The notes below the pieces were generated by a model. The model was given only the letters and a program-made list of their open reading frames with translations, did not search any database and had not been told where the DNA came from. This document shows, one piece after another, positions 16,644 to 25,165 of a stretch of DNA of 37,546 bases. Source of the stretch: Phycisphaerae bacterium (GTDB taxonomy: Bacteria; Planctomycetota; Phycisphaerae; UBA1845; PWPN01); contig JABRVU010000355.1 of NCBI GenBank assembly GCA_039961895.1, positions 1 to 37,546 on the forward strand, read 5' to 3'. The position numbers and the translations under genes are program-made. Numbering within the stretch: position 1 is the first letter of the stretch; each line of letters starts with the position of its first letter.

Positions 16644-17981
16644 ATGAGTTACGTGGTCGGTCTCAAATGCCGCGAGTGCGGGCAGCAGTATCCCGATTCG
16701 CCGCTGCACGTCTGCGAGGTGTGTTTCGGGCCCCTGGAGGTCGAATACGACTATGCGCGGATGCGCGGGCGGGTGACGCGCGCGTCGATCTCGGCGGGAC
16801 CGGCGTCGCTGTGGCGCTACCGCGACCTGCTGCCGCTGACGGGCGAGCCTTCGACCGGTTTCTGCTCGGGCTTTACGCCGCTGCGGCGGGCCCGCAACCT
16901 CGAACGCCGCTGGGGTTGCAGGGAAATCTACCTCAAGGACGACTCGGTGAACTGCCCGACGCTCTCGTACAAGGAGCGCGTGGTCAGCGTGGCGGTGAGC
17001 AAGGGGATCGAGTTCGGGTTCGAGACCTTCGGCTGCGCCAGTACCGGCAACCTGGCCAACAGCGTGGCCGCCCACTCGGCGTTCGTGGGCCGGCGGGCCT
17101 ACGTGATGATTCCGCACGACCTCGAGCAGGGCAAGGTGCTGGGCTCGCTGATCTACCGGCCGAAGATGGTGCGCATCCGCGGCAACTACGACGACGTGAA
17201 CCGGCTGTGCGCGGAGATCGCGGACAAGTACCGCTGGGCGATCGTGAACGTGAACCTGCGGCCGTACTATACCGAAGGGGCCAAGACCTACGGGTTCGAG
17301 GTGGCCGAGCAGTTGGGCTGGAAGCTGCCCCGGCACATGGTGCTGCCGACCGCCGGGGGCACCATCCTGCCCAAGGTGTGGAAGGCCTTCCGCGAGCTGG
17401 TGGACCTGGGCCTGGTCGAGGACGCGCCGTGCCGGATCTACTCGGCCCAGGCCGGCGGGTGCGACCCGGTGGTCCGGGCGGTGCACGAGGGGACGGACAT
17501 CATCAAGCCGCAGAAACCGCGGACCATCGCCAAGTCCATCGCCATCGGTAATCCGGCCGACGGCTATTACGTGATCCAGGCGGTCAAGGAATCCGGCGGC
17601 TGGGCCGAGAGCGTCAGCGACGACGAGATCATCGAGGCCATCAAGCTGCTGGCCGAGTGCGAGGGCGTCTGGACCGAGCCGGCCGGCGGGACCACCGTCG
17701 CGGTCACGAAAAAGCTGCTCGACCAGGGCCGGATTCCGCCGGACGAGTCCATCGTCGTCAGCATCACCGGCAACGGCCTCAAAACGCAGGAAGTGGTGCT
17801 CGACAGGCTGGAGGAGCCGGCGCTGATCAACGCGCGGCTGGCGGAATTCGACGAGGTAGTGGCCTCGACGGCGGGCACGGTTTCGGCCGCTGGTGCCGCC
17901 AGGGGGGCGCACGACCAACGTGCCGATCAACGCGCCGCGGGCTTGAGCCCCCGCGGCGCCCGTGCGGAGCGCGCCTCCTGA
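16644..17981 (+). CDS. Threonine-synthase-like fold-type II PLP enzyme; probable sulfur-carrier-dependent homocysteine synthase
   Basis: N-terminal CxxC..CxxC, SLWRYR, PTLSYKER (PLP Lys), CASTGNLANS, EGAKT, SIAIGNPADG, EPAGG, ITGNGLKT; RBS GAGGA. The specific function is inferred from the riboswitch and neighbours. Confidence 0.88.
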   Translation: MSYVVGLKCRECGQQYPDSPLHVCEVCFGPLEVEYDYARMRGRVTRASISAGPASLWRYRDLLPLTGEPSTGFCSGFTPLRRARNLERRWGCREIYLKDDSVNCPTLSYKERVVSVAVSKGIEFGFETFGCASTGNLANSVAAHSAFVGRRAYVMIPHDLEQGKVLGSLIYRPKMVRIRGNYDDVNRLCAEIADKYRWAIVNVNLRPYYTEGAKTYGFEVAEQLGWKLPRHMVLPTAGGTILPKVWKAFRELVDLGLVEDAPCRIYSAQAGGCDPVVRAVHEGTDIIKPQKPRTIAKSIAIGNPADGYYVIQAVKESGGWAESVSDDEIIEAIKLLAECEGVWTEPAGGTTVAVTKKLLDQGRIPPDESIVVSITGNGLKTQEVVLDRLEEPALINARLAEFDEVVASTAGTVSAAGAARGAHDQRADQRAAGLSPRGARAERAS

Positions 17982-18097
17982 AACCCCGAAAACACACCGG
18001 AGGGACGCCGGCACCGCACGAGCCGGTGGCGAGGGGAGTTTGCGACGGTAAGATGGGTCGATCGGCGGGCCCGGAAACTGATGAGGAGCAGGCGATC

Positions 18098-18367
18098 ATG
18101 CAGGTGCGGATACCGGCCACGTTGAGGAAGTTCACCGAGGGGGCCGACACCCTTCCGGCCGCCGGCGCCACCGTGGGCGAGGTGCTGGCCGGCTTATGCG
18201 AGCGCTACCCCGATTTCCGGCCGCGGCTGTTCAAGCCGGACGGGTCGCTCAACCGGTTCGTCAACGTGTTCGTGAACGAGGAGGACATCCGCTTCACGGG
18301 CGACTTGCAGACACCGGTCAAAGAGAACGATGAGATCAGCATCATCCAGGCGGTAGCCGGGGGGTAG
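18098..18367 (+). CDS. MoaD/ThiS/CysO-family ubiquitin-like sulfur carrier protein (89 aa)
   Basis: MQVRIPATLR...TVGEVL...FVNVFVNEEDIRF...DEISIIQAVAGG*; C-terminal Gly-Gly; GAGGAG RBS. Embedded in ORF-track entry 17657..18367. Confidence 0.93.
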   Translation: MQVRIPATLRKFTEGADTLPAAGATVGEVLAGLCERYPDFRPRLFKPDGSLNRFVNVFVNEEDIRFTGDLQTPVKENDEISIIQAVAGG

Positions 18368-18447
18368 CAGCGTGTGGCATCGTCCGCCAATCGGCGAACG
18401 AAGCCGGCTGACAACCGGTGCCCCGTCAGAGAAGCCACGGGTGAACC

Positions 18448-18984
18448 ATGGCGGTGATCCAGCACGAACTCGAACTGACCTTTCCGGCCGCCAAGGTGGT
18501 CCGGCCGGTGCTCTGCGAGATGTTCCGGAGGCACGAGGTGGTCTTCAACGTGGCCCGGGCCAACGTGACCCGGCAGCGCGGGCACTTTCACTTCACCCTG
18601 CTGGGAGAAGAGGGGGTGGTGAAGGCGGCCGAGGAATACCTGCGCACGGCCGGGATCGAGGTCCACGTGTTGCGCAGCGGGCCGTTCGAGGGCAAGCTGC
18701 CGGCCCGGCCGGATCGGCTGGGCTCGAACCCCAGCGAGCCGCGGGCCGCGCGGAAGCTGTGGCTGACTTATTCCGAGGCCCTTCGCGACCGGCCCATCGT
18801 CTGGGAGATGGCCTGCCGGTTCGACGTGACCTTCGACATCCGCCAGTCCAGCGTGGGCAAGGACGTGAACATCATGGCCGTCCTGCTCGAGGGCCCGGCC
18901 AGTCACGTCGAAGGGGCGATGGAGTTCCTTCGCCGGATCGGCATCGAAGTCGAGCCGATCGAGAAGAGCGTGATCGAGGGGTGA
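18448..18984 (+). CDS. Stand-alone tandem NIL-domain protein
   Basis: Two internal repeats: LTF...RPVLCEM...EVVFNVARANV...LLG......AEEYLR..GIEV and LTY...RPIVWEM...DVTFDIRQSSV...LEG....EGAMEFLR..GIEVEP. Confidence 0.78.
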   Translation: MAVIQHELELTFPAAKVVRPVLCEMFRRHEVVFNVARANVTRQRGHFHFTLLGEEGVVKAAEEYLRTAGIEVHVLRSGPFEGKLPARPDRLGSNPSEPRAARKLWLTYSEALRDRPIVWEMACRFDVTFDIRQSSVGKDVNIMAVLLEGPASHVEGAMEFLRRIGIEVEPIEKSVIEG

Positions 18985-19121
18985 GGTACGGTGCGAGCGT
19001 GGCAACGTGAAAAGGTGGAAGGGTAAAGAGCCGCGTGCTTCGAGCCCGCGCGGTTCCTTCCCAGTCGCCGGATGACCCGGAGCGCGCGACGGTTGCCAGC
19101 CCCGCGGGCAGCGAGTGACCG

Positions 19122-19865
19122 ATGTCGGCCGATGCGTTGGATCGTTCCAGATGCTCTCTTCGGCAGGAAATGGCTTCGACGGCTTTTTCCTCGGCCGTCG
19201 GGGCCGCGTTGATGCTCTACGCCGGTTTCGGCATGAACCTGCGCGGGGTGAGCGGCGCGGGGCTCTATGATGGATCGGTGGCGGCGTTCACCTGGACGAT
19301 GAAAATCGGCGGCCTCGCGATGGCCGCGTCGGCGGTGCTGTTGTATGCGGGGTGGAGGCCGGTCCTGCCCGCCGATGCCGTCCTCACGGCGGTCATTGGA
19401 GCGATCCTCGCGGGCACCGGCATGATCTGGATGGTCAACCAGGACGTGCAGGGCGTTCTCAACCTGGTGTTCGCGTTGTTGTTCCTGGGGGCGGCCAGGC
19501 GGAGTTGGATGGTGTTCAGGGCTTCATCGCGGGGAACCCCGCCGCCGGCCGGATCGTGGCGGGAAGAGGAGCCGATCGGGCGGGAACAGAACCCGCCGCG
19601 GCCGAGCGTCGCGGACCGCCAGGCGGCGATGGATCGACTTCTGGCGGCCAAGCGCCGGCAACCGCCGTCGGAGCCGCCGCCGACCGAGCCGGCGGGGGCG
19701 GTGACGAAGCCCGCCGAACCGGTCGTTGTGCAACAGCAGGAAGCCGTTCGGCCGAGCCCCGGGCCGGCCGCCTCGGCGCCGGCGGACCCGGCGCCGCCGA
19801 CAGCGGCCCTGACGGACGAACCCGCGCCGGAGGGTTTCCTGGCGCAGTTGGGCCGTGATGAATAA
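19122..19865 (+). CDS. Hypothetical membrane protein (about 4 TM helices plus a Pro/Ala-rich tail)
   Basis: Hydrophobic segments in the N-terminal half; low-complexity tail ending PEGFLAQLGRDE. Confidence 0.65.
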   Translation: MSADALDRSRCSLRQEMASTAFSSAVGAALMLYAGFGMNLRGVSGAGLYDGSVAAFTWTMKIGGLAMAASAVLLYAGWRPVLPADAVLTAVIGAILAGTGMIWMVNQDVQGVLNLVFALLFLGAARRSWMVFRASSRGTPPPAGSWREEEPIGREQNPPRPSVADRQAAMDRLLAAKRRQPPSEPPPTEPAGAVTKPAEPVVVQQQEAVRPSPGPAASAPADPAPPTAALTDEPAPEGFLAQLGRDE

Positions 19866-19887
19866 CGGAAGGAAGTCATCGAACGAC

Positions 19888-20961
19888 ATGGCCATCAGTC
19901 AGGCGGCACAGAAAATCGAACAGGACCCCGAGCTGGCCCGTTATTCGCGCCAGATGCTCTTCGAACCGGTCGGCGAGGAAGGGCAGCGCCGGCTCATGGA
20001 ATCCCGCGTCACGCTGATCGGGTGCGGCGCGTTGGGCACCGTCCTGGCCAACACCCTGGTGCGGGCGGGCGTGGGTTTTCTGCGCGTGGTGGACCGCGAT
20101 TTCATCGAGTCCAACAACCTCCAGCGTCAGGTGCTCTTCGACGAGGACGACATCGCCGGCAACCTGCCCAAGGCCGAGGCCGCCCGCCGGAAGCTGGGGC
20201 GCATCAACTCCAAGGTCGCGGTCGAGGCGGTCGTGACCGACGTGAATCACCGCAACATCGAGCAGTTGGGCGAAGGGGCCGACCTGCTGCTGGACGGCAC
20301 GGACAACTTCGAGACGCGCTTCCTCATCAACGACCTGGCGGTGAAGACGCGACGGCCGTGGGTGTATGGCGCCTGCATCGGGGCCACCGGCCTGGCCATG
20401 CCCATCCTGCCGAACGATACGCCGTGCCTTCGCTGCGTCTTCGAGAGCGCTCCTCCGCCGGAGATGAACCCGACCTGCGACACGGCCGGGGTGCTCGGGC
20501 CGGTGGTCAACATCGTGGCCAGCTTCCAGGCCCTGGAGGCCATGAAAATCCTCATGGGCCGGACCGAGGCCGTGGTTCGCCGGCTGCTCAACTTCGACGC
20601 CTGGGACGGGCGCTATTCGCTGCTCAACGTGCAGAAGGCCTATGACCAGGGCGACTGTCCGTGCTGCAAGCAGAAGCGGTTCGAATACCTGGAGGGCCGC
20701 TTCGGCAGCAGCGCGACGACTTTGTGCGGCCGGAACGCGGTGCAGATCACCCCGCCGGGCGGTCTGAAGGTGGATTTCAGGACCATCGCCGAAAAGATGA
20801 AGGCCGCCGCCGGCGCCGAGCCGCGCTTCAACGCCTTCATGCTCAAGGCCGACGTGGCCCCCTACGAGATCACCGTCTTCGCCGACGGGCGGGCCATCAT
20901 CAAGGGCACCAACAAACCCGACGAGGCGAAATCCGTCTACGCCAGGTACATCGGGGCGTGA
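19888..20961 (+). CDS. MoeB/ThiF-family (E1-like) adenylyltransferase
   Basis: RYSRQ, IGCGALG, DRDFIESNNLQRQ, DGTDNFETR, CLRC, CDTAGVL, CPCC, C-terminal LCGRNAVQI...ARYIG; no rhodanese domain. Confidence 0.92.
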   Translation: MAISQAAQKIEQDPELARYSRQMLFEPVGEEGQRRLMESRVTLIGCGALGTVLANTLVRAGVGFLRVVDRDFIESNNLQRQVLFDEDDIAGNLPKAEAARRKLGRINSKVAVEAVVTDVNHRNIEQLGEGADLLLDGTDNFETRFLINDLAVKTRRPWVYGACIGATGLAMPILPNDTPCLRCVFESAPPPEMNPTCDTAGVLGPVVNIVASFQALEAMKILMGRTEAVVRRLLNFDAWDGRYSLLNVQKAYDQGDCPCCKQKRFEYLEGRFGSSATTLCGRNAVQITPPGGLKVDFRTIAEKMKAAAGAEPRFNAFMLKADVAPYEITVFADGRAIIKGTNKPDEAKSVYARYIGA

Positions 20962-20969
20962 TCATCGAC

Positions 20970-22121
20970 ATGCGCGAAATCATCTACCTGGACAACGGCG
21001 CGACCAGTTGGCCCAAGCCGCCTGGCGTTCAGCGCGAAATGGCCCGGTTTCTGGCGGAAGACGCGGGCAATCCCGGCCGGTCCGGGCATCGCATGGCCCT
21101 GGCCGCCGAGAAGATGCTCGACGACGTGCGCGGCAAGCTGGCCCGGCTGTTCGACGCCGCCGATCCCAGGCGCATCATCTTCACCCTCAATTGCACGGAC
21201 GCGCTCAACATGGCCATCAAGGGCGTGCTGGGCGAGGGCGATCACGTCATCACCTCGATGCTCGAGCACAACAGCGTCTCCCGGCCGCTCCAGGCCCTGG
21301 CCGACGCCGGGCGCATCGCGCTGACGCGCCTGCCGATGGCCGAGGGCGGCTTCATCGACCCTGCGGCCGTCCGTCGGGCGGTCACGCCCAAGACCCGGCT
21401 GATCGCGGTCACGCATTGCAGCAATGTGCTGGGCACCATCCAACCGGCCGAAGAGATCGGGCGCATCGCCCGAGAGCACGATCTGCTGTTCCTGCTGGAC
21501 GCGGCCCAGTCGGCCGGTCTGATCCCCATCTCCGTCCGCCGCATGAACATCGACCTGCTGGCGTTTCCCGGCCACAAGGCCCTGCTGGGCCCGGCGGGCA
21601 CCGGGGGGCTCTACGTCGGCGAGCGGGCCGACCCGGCCCCCTGGCGCGAGGGCGGCAGCGGGGGAGACTCCAAGTCGCCCGTCCAGGCCCTGCTCGAGTT
21701 CCCTTATCGCCTGGAGGGCGGAACGCCCAACACCGTCGGGCTGGCCGGCCTGGGGGCGGCGCTCGATTTTCTGCTGGAGCGCGATCCGCACGAATCGCTG
21801 GAACACGAGCGCAGGCTGGCCCGGCTGCTGGTTGAGGCCCTGGCCGATGACGACCGGATTGCGTTGCTGGGCACGCCCGACTATTCCCGCCGCGCCGGCG
21901 TGGTCGCGTTGACGGCCGGAGGCATGCCCACCCAGGAGCTGGCCTCCGTGCTCGACGTGAACTTCAACATCGCGGTTCGGCCGGGGCTGCACTGCGCCCC
22001 CTACATCCACAAGGAGCTGGGCACCTTCCCCGACGGGGCCCTGCGCGTTACTCCGGGGCCGTTCAGCACCGAGGAGGACGTCCGTCGGCTCGCCGAAGCC
22101 CTGCCCCAGATCGTCCTGTAA
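20970..22121 (+). CDS. Cysteine desulfurase family protein (class V aminotransferase)
   Basis: IYLDNGATSWPKP, EHNSV, DAAQSAG, GHKALLGP (PLP Lys), EGGTPN, VRPGLHCAP (catalytic Cys). Alternative GTG at 20958 overlaps the MoeB/ThiF stop. Confidence 0.92.
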   Translation: MREIIYLDNGATSWPKPPGVQREMARFLAEDAGNPGRSGHRMALAAEKMLDDVRGKLARLFDAADPRRIIFTLNCTDALNMAIKGVLGEGDHVITSMLEHNSVSRPLQALADAGRIALTRLPMAEGGFIDPAAVRRAVTPKTRLIAVTHCSNVLGTIQPAEEIGRIAREHDLLFLLDAAQSAGLIPISVRRMNIDLLAFPGHKALLGPAGTGGLYVGERADPAPWREGGSGGDSKSPVQALLEFPYRLEGGTPNTVGLAGLGAALDFLLERDPHESLEHERRLARLLVEALADDDRIALLGTPDYSRRAGVVALTAGGMPTQELASVLDVNFNIAVRPGLHCAPYIHKELGTFPDGALRVTPGPFSTEEDVRRLAEALPQIVL

Positions 22122-22257
22122 GCGCGAATCACCCGCCCCTGGAAAACCGAACCCGTTGGTGGCAAAGGGACACGATACCCAATAAACTGCTCTTCAAGTT
22201 GACTTCCGGGCGGCAGCCCGGAGCTGCGCGCATGCCGGCATTCCGATGGGCGACATC

Positions 22258-24099
22258 ATGAATCGGCGCGAGTTCCTTTCGGCGGGTGGTGCGGCGTTTC
22301 TGGGAACGGCCTTCGCGGACAGGGCCCTTCGAGCGCAGGATGGCCCAGGGGCGTTGACGGCGCCGGCTGGCATCGAGTGGAAACGGCACGACGCCTCCCG
22401 GCTGTTCGATCAGGTGATCGTCGACGGCCGGCCGCTGGTCAACCCTGAGGAGAAAGCCGGCCTGCTGGATGGGTGTTGCCGGCTGATCGCCGACGGCCGG
22501 CCGGGACCGGAGACTCTGCTGGGTCCAGCCGCCCCAAGGGCCGTCGTCGGACCGGTCCGGGCCGCACTGAGCCACCGGTTGCTCCCCTCGGCCGGCGGTG
22601 CCGGGCCTGATCTGCTCGAGGCCGTCCTGACGCTCCAGAACACGTCGGATGCGCCCCATGAGGTCTGGGCGGGCTTCCTGACCGGGGCCCGCCCATGTGC
22701 CGATCCCGCCGACCAGCGGGTGTACGTGCCGCTTTCGGCGTCGGCGCTGGGCGACAAGCCCGACGATCCCCGCGGGAGACTCAAGGATTGCCGGCAGGTC
22801 GTCGGCCGCGAGGGTTTCCTGGCCCACTACCTCGAACCCCAGGCCAGCGACCTGCGCGAGGCCCCCAGCCGGGCGGCGCTGCTGGCGCCGGTCGTGGACG
22901 TTTTCGCGGACGGCGGACCCGGGCGCCTCGCTTTCATCGGTCCATCGACGCAGCCTCTGTTGTTTGAGGCTCTTCAGGGTCCGTCCGGACGGGCCTGGCG
23001 GTTCGGACGGCGCCTCTCGCTGGGGCCGGGAGAGTCGAAAACCGTCAGCGCTTATCTGCTCCCGCATCGCGGCGACGCCGCCGAAGCCTGGAGCGTCTTC
23101 CACCGCGTCGCCCATCGCGAGGAGCATCCGCCCGTCGAGTGGTTGCGCGAGGTGCGGGTGCATTACTACGATTTCCTGTCGCCGGCGGTGCCCGACGGCC
23201 CGCGCGGCCTGGGCTATGACCTCGATCTCAAGCACTTCAACGAGTTTCACGTCGGCCTGGCCACACAGCACGGGTACTATGCCTCGTGCGGCGACTTCGT
23301 CCACCCGGATCGCAAGGAATGGCAGGCCATGCCCACCGACCCGGCCGGGCCTGTCACCATGTCCATCGAGAAGGTCCGGGCCCGCGTCGAGGCCACCCGC
23401 AAGGCCGGCGTCCATCCGGCCATCTACATGCACTACGCGATCATCGACGAGGGCTCGCCCCTGTTCGAGCAGATGCGCGATTCCATCCTGACGGACGCCG
23501 CCGGCCGGCCGGTGCCCTTCGGCTGGAAGGGGCCGGATACCATCACCCAGACCTGGCGCATGTCGCAGAACGCGCCGCAGTGGCGCGACCATCTCGTGCA
23601 GCAGGCCCAGTGGATCATGGAGCTGTTCAAACCCGACGCGATCGTTTTGGACGAGACCTTCACCGCCTGGGGTTACGACCATCACCGCGACCGCCGCGGG
23701 CCGCTCTCGGCCGGCGGGATCGAGCTGATGCGCAAGCTCCGGGCGGTGGTGCGCTCCTTCGGACCCGACAAGGCCCTGCTGGCCAGCGACTGCTCGATGG
23801 CCAATTTCTGCCTGTGGGGCGACGGCGAGGCCGGCGATCACTGCTACGACCGGCTGCTGGGCCACGAGCTGTACCGCCTGCCTCCCGTCCGCTACCTGGC
23901 CGCCCTGGGACGCAAGCCCTGGCTGCCGTGCGCCTGGCTGTATCACTCGCTCTGGTCCGCCCAGATGGACCTGGCCCGCAAGACCGGCGCGGCCGTCGGC
24001 GTCAGCAACGGCTGGGGCGACGGCTTCGGGCTGACCCGCCTGCCCGCGGAGGCCAAAAAGCGGATGCTCGCCGATATCGAGGCCCTGGCGAGCGGATAG
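22258..24099 (+). CDS. Tat-exported protein with a putative glycoside-hydrolase-like TIM barrel
   Basis: MNRREFL Tat motif; C-terminal half has GVHPAIYMH, WRDHLV, PDAIVLDET, typical of GH-like barrels. Family not identified. Confidence 0.65.
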   Translation: MNRREFLSAGGAAFLGTAFADRALRAQDGPGALTAPAGIEWKRHDASRLFDQVIVDGRPLVNPEEKAGLLDGCCRLIADGRPGPETLLGPAAPRAVVGPVRAALSHRLLPSAGGAGPDLLEAVLTLQNTSDAPHEVWAGFLTGARPCADPADQRVYVPLSASALGDKPDDPRGRLKDCRQVVGREGFLAHYLEPQASDLREAPSRAALLAPVVDVFADGGPGRLAFIGPSTQPLLFEALQGPSGRAWRFGRRLSLGPGESKTVSAYLLPHRGDAAEAWSVFHRVAHREEHPPVEWLREVRVHYYDFLSPAVPDGPRGLGYDLDLKHFNEFHVGLATQHGYYASCGDFVHPDRKEWQAMPTDPAGPVTMSIEKVRARVEATRKAGVHPAIYMHYAIIDEGSPLFEQMRDSILTDAAGRPVPFGWKGPDTITQTWRMSQNAPQWRDHLVQQAQWIMELFKPDAIVLDETFTAWGYDHHRDRRGPLSAGGIELMRKLRAVVRSFGPDKALLASDCSMANFCLWGDGEAGDHCYDRLLGHELYRLPPVRYLAALGRKPWLPCAWLYHSLWSAQMDLARKTGAAVGVSNGWGDGFGLTRLPAEAKKRMLADIEALASG

Positions 24100-24190
24100 A
24101 ATGGCGCCACGGCGGGGCACGAGGGACGTTCGCGGCCGGGCGGACGCCACCGCGGGGATCCGAGTCGCCGTTGGAGAACCGAGGGAAGCC

Positions 24191-25093
24191 ATGAACGCAA
24201 GAATCGTCCTGGGGGTCTTGCTGCTGATTCATGGGGTTGGGGGCTGCGCCCCAAACCGGCCCGAGCCGGCGGCGGCACGAGTCCCGATCATCCGCGAGCG
24301 CGACGGGGCTCCGCCGGAACTCGTCGCCCAGGCCCGCAAGCTCCGCGACGCCGGGCGCCTGCTGGCCATCGACGACGTCAGGAAGCAGTTGGGCCGGACC
24401 TCCTGCCGCCTGTCGCTGCCGGTTCCGAACTCCCGCCCGCTGACCGGCAGCCAGATCTGGGCCCGGGCCCGCCGGGCTCATCTGCGGGTCGGCTACTTCT
24501 TCCTCTGCAACAAGTGCAGCAACTGGCATCTGAACCTGGCCGGCGGCTACGCCATCACCGCCGACGGGGCGGTGGCGACCTGCTTTCACGTCGTCGAACC
24601 CAGGGATATGAAGGAAGGCTACCTGCTGGCGGCCACCGACGACGGAAAGGTCCTGCCGGTGACGGCGGTTCTGGCCGGCCATCGCACCAACGACGCCTGC
24701 ATCCTCCGCGTCGCGTCCGAAACTCCGCTCGAACCGCTCCCGCTGAATCCCCACGTGACTCCCGGCGATGACGTATGGTGCTACAGCGACCCGGTCAATC
24801 GCACCGGCTTTTTCAGTCGGGGCATCGTGAACCGCTTTTACCAGCACTGGCACGCCGGCCGTGCCAGGACCCGGCCGCCGGTCCGCATGAACGTCTCGAC
24901 CGACTGGGCGCCCGGCTCCAGCGGGGCGGCGGTGCTCGACCAGTACGGCAACGCCGTCGGGCACGTGGTCGCCGTCTCGGCCCGCGGCGAACACCCGGCC
25001 AGCGGCCCCAGCACCCGCCCGGCCGGCGAAACGGTCATCGTCTTTCACGACGCCGTCCGCGCCGCCGACGTGCTCGCCCTGGTCAAGCGGTGA
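24191..25093 (+). CDS. Trypsin-like serine protease, lipoprotein
   Basis: Lipobox-like GVGGC; ATCFHVV (His), NDACIL (Asp), PGSSGAAVLD..GN.VG (Ser). Confidence 0.82.
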   Translation: MNARIVLGVLLLIHGVGGCAPNRPEPAAARVPIIRERDGAPPELVAQARKLRDAGRLLAIDDVRKQLGRTSCRLSLPVPNSRPLTGSQIWARARRAHLRVGYFFLCNKCSNWHLNLAGGYAITADGAVATCFHVVEPRDMKEGYLLAATDDGKVLPVTAVLAGHRTNDACILRVASETPLEPLPLNPHVTPGDDVWCYSDPVNRTGFFSRGIVNRFYQHWHAGRARTRPPVRMNVSTDWAPGSSGAAVLDQYGNAVGHVVAVSARGEHPASGPSTRPAGETVIVFHDAVRAADVLALVKR

Positions 25094-25165
25094 GGGACCC
25101 GAAGCCCCGCGTTGCGTTCGATTCGCCGTGAAAACCTGGAACCACACTCAGCAAAGGCGCGTCCC

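Noticed and set aside
18027-18043. Sigma54-like TGGC...TTGC upstream of the sulfur carrier
   Set aside because: The spacing is 2 nt too long for the strict -24/-12 geometry.
18997-19028. Degenerate 8-nt periodicity (GCGTGGCA ACGTGAAA AGGTGGAA GGGTAAAG)
   Set aside because: Too degenerate to call a repeat without genome-wide counts.
18098-22121. MoaD/MoeB genes as molybdopterin or thiamine biosynthesis, or as a ubiquitin-like defence system
   Set aside because: No moaA/C/E, thiG, E2 or JAB gene is nearby; the SAM-I riboswitch and ThrC-like/NIL context favour sulfur amino-acid synthesis. A shared role for the MoeB/ThiF enzyme is not excluded.
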